A DNA stretch of 64,000 nt from Clostridia bacterium. GTDB taxonomy: Bacteria; Bacillota; Clostridia; TANB77; CAG-508. Location: contig JAFXOY010000160.1 of assembly GCA_017528375.1 (NCBI GenBank), forward strand, positions 37,398 through 101,397, given 5' to 3'. Position numbers and translations under genes: made by a program. Below the pieces are notes generated by a model. That model was not told the origin of the DNA, ran no database searches, and saw only the letters and a program-made list of their open reading frames with translations. Positions 62,798 to 64,000 of the stretch are shown one piece after another (the stretch's first letter is position 1; every line of letters starts with the position of its first letter).

Positions 62798-63574
62798 TTA
62801 TAATTCTTCTGCAAATCTCTTTTCAAATTTCTTAAATATAGTATATCCAACTACAATTCCAACTAAACCAATAACAAACCATATTCCTAAAGCTTTTAAA
62901 TCAGGCATAGTTTTGTAGTAAAAAATATTTCTGTATGCATTTACTATTTGAACCATAGGATTTAAATAGAAAAGCTTTGCAAATTTTGCTGGTATTAATG
63001 AAATTGAATATAATACTGGAGTTATATACATCCATAATTGTAACAAAACATTTATAAAATACTCTAAATCTCTTATATATACTGTAAATGCAGATAATAC
63101 AAAGCAAAATGCTAATGTAATAATACATTGTACCAAAAGTACTAATGGTAAAAACAATATATATTGTGATATACCTATTCCACTTATTAAAAGTGCAATA
63201 AATATAATAATGCATGATACTAAAAAGTTAATTGCGCCACTTAAAACAATTGAAATTGGCAATATTTCTCTTGGAAAGTATACCTTTTTCAAAATACCAC
63301 CGTTACTTATAATTACAGAAGTACTTTGTGACAAAGTAGCTGAGAAAAAGTTCCAAGGAACTAATGCTGTAAATAAAAACATAATATAATTATCTTCTTG
63401 AATTTTTAAAATAAATGGAAATACTAGTGCATATACCAATAATTGCAATAGTGGATTGATAAATGACCACAATACTCCAAAAAATGATTTTTTATATTTT
63501 CCTCTAAATTCTTTTTTTACTGATGTATATAAAAATTGTCTATACATATATAATTCTTTAAATTTTTTTAACAT
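62798..63574 (-). CDS. ABC-2 type polysaccharide/teichoic-acid export permease (TagG/RgpC-like)
   Basis: AAAGGAGAAAT then ATG 63574. MLKKFKELYMYRQFLYTSVKKEFRGKYKKSFFGVLWSF...; six TM helices. Confidence 0.85.
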   Translation of the reverse strand: MLKKFKELYMYRQFLYTSVKKEFRGKYKKSFFGVLWSFINPLLQLLVYALVFPFILKIQEDNYIMFLFTALVPWNFFSATLSQSTSVIISNGGILKKVYFPREILPISIVLSGAINFLVSCIIIFIALLISGIGISQYILFLPLVLLVQCIITLAFCFVLSAFTVYIRDLEYFINVLLQLWMYITPVLYSISLIPAKFAKLFYLNPMVQIVNAYRNIFYYKTMPDLKALGIWFVIGLVGIVVGYTIFKKFEKRFAEEL

Positions 63575-63611
63575 TTTATTTCTCCTTTTTCTGTATTTAA
63601 TCAATTTTTTC

Positions 63612-64000
63612 TTATGAACATTCTTTTATATATTCTTGTAGTACTTCTGAAGATTTTCCATCCATTCTTATTTTACCTTGGTTTAGCCATATACATCTAT
63701 CACAAAGCTTTTCAGCTGATGCTAAATCATGAGTAACTAGTACTATTGTTTTACCTTCATTTTTTAATTCTTGCATTTTTTTATAACATTTCTCTTGAAA
63801 ATGTCTATCACCAACAGATAAAATTTCATCAATTAATAAAATATCAGCATCTACATTTATAGCAATAGAAAAAGCAAGTCTCATATACATACCTGATGAA
63901 TAAGTTCTAACTGGATTATCTATAAAATCTCTTAATTCAGAAAATTCTATAATTTGTTCTAATCTGCTATCAATTTCTTTTTTTGATAATCCAAAAATTG
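63612..64000 (-). CDS. polysaccharide/teichoic-acid export ATP-binding protein (TagH/RgpD-like), 5' end beyond window
   Basis: The frame is open to the window edge. ...YSSGMYMRLAFSIAINVDADILLIDEILSVGD (ABC signature and Walker B) ...HD. ORF-track ORF 63612..63890 is only the part after an internal Met. Confidence 0.85.
   Translation of the reverse strand, partial: IFGLSKKEIDSRLEQIIEFSELRDFIDNPVRTYSSGMYMRLAFSIAINVDADILLIDEILSVGDRHFQEKCYKKMQELKNEGKTIVLVTHDLASAEKLCDRCIWLNQGKIRMDGKSSEVLQEYIKECS

Overview
AT-rich, gene-dense chromosomal segment that looks like a low-GC, endospore-former-type Firmicute (Clostridia-like). I cannot name the species by eye. I call about 65 CDS, most on the minus strand, and saw no rRNA, tRNA or CRISPR array.

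Gene content in order:
- rpmF (partial) and an AbiEi/AbiEii type IV toxin-antitoxin pair
- asnB (frame-broken), a dCMP deaminase and a U32 peptidase
- zur-znuA-znuC-znuB, a DUF3006/MBL pair, a cyclophilin lipoprotein and an orphan rusA
- pfk and hisS
- spoIIIAA-AH, with AA, AD and AE frame-broken and a foreign gene between AA and AB
- yebC, then a small accessory patch at 28-33 kb
- typA, rpsA, a cmk-plsC fusion, asd and ylbF
- a GT4/DUF4912/GH57 glucan cluster, ruvB, ltaS and tagO
- an ABC-transporter-type rhamnose polysaccharide locus (rfbBCAD, several glycosyltransferases, DUF2304/DUF2142)

Main hunt results:
1. Nineteen intergenic loci carry two related palindromic repeat families built on GGGAC/GTCCC cores. 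Family A has a 33-nt unit, TGACACATTTGGGGACGGACTCATTTTGGGACA. Family B is a 116-118-nt triple hairpin, TGCACAGTTGGGGACGCGTCCC.... A single IS200-like HUH/Y1 (RAYT-type) transposase gene is bracketed by inverted clusters of family A units. This is a REP/RAYT ('REPtron') layout in a Firmicute.
2. hisS is preceded by a promoter, an SD-led 17-codon leader ORF containing His-His-His, and an intrinsic terminator. This suggests ribosome-mediated attenuation rather than a recognisable T-box.
3. An Fst/par-like type I toxin-antitoxin candidate: a 28-aa hydrophobic peptide gene convergent with a short RNA gene that carries 13 nt complementary to the peptide's initiation region.
4. Four or five +1-type frame breaks, three of them in spoIIIA. 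Each lies at a zero-frame CGG codon.

All of this comes from reading the sequence by eye. No searches or RNA folding were run.
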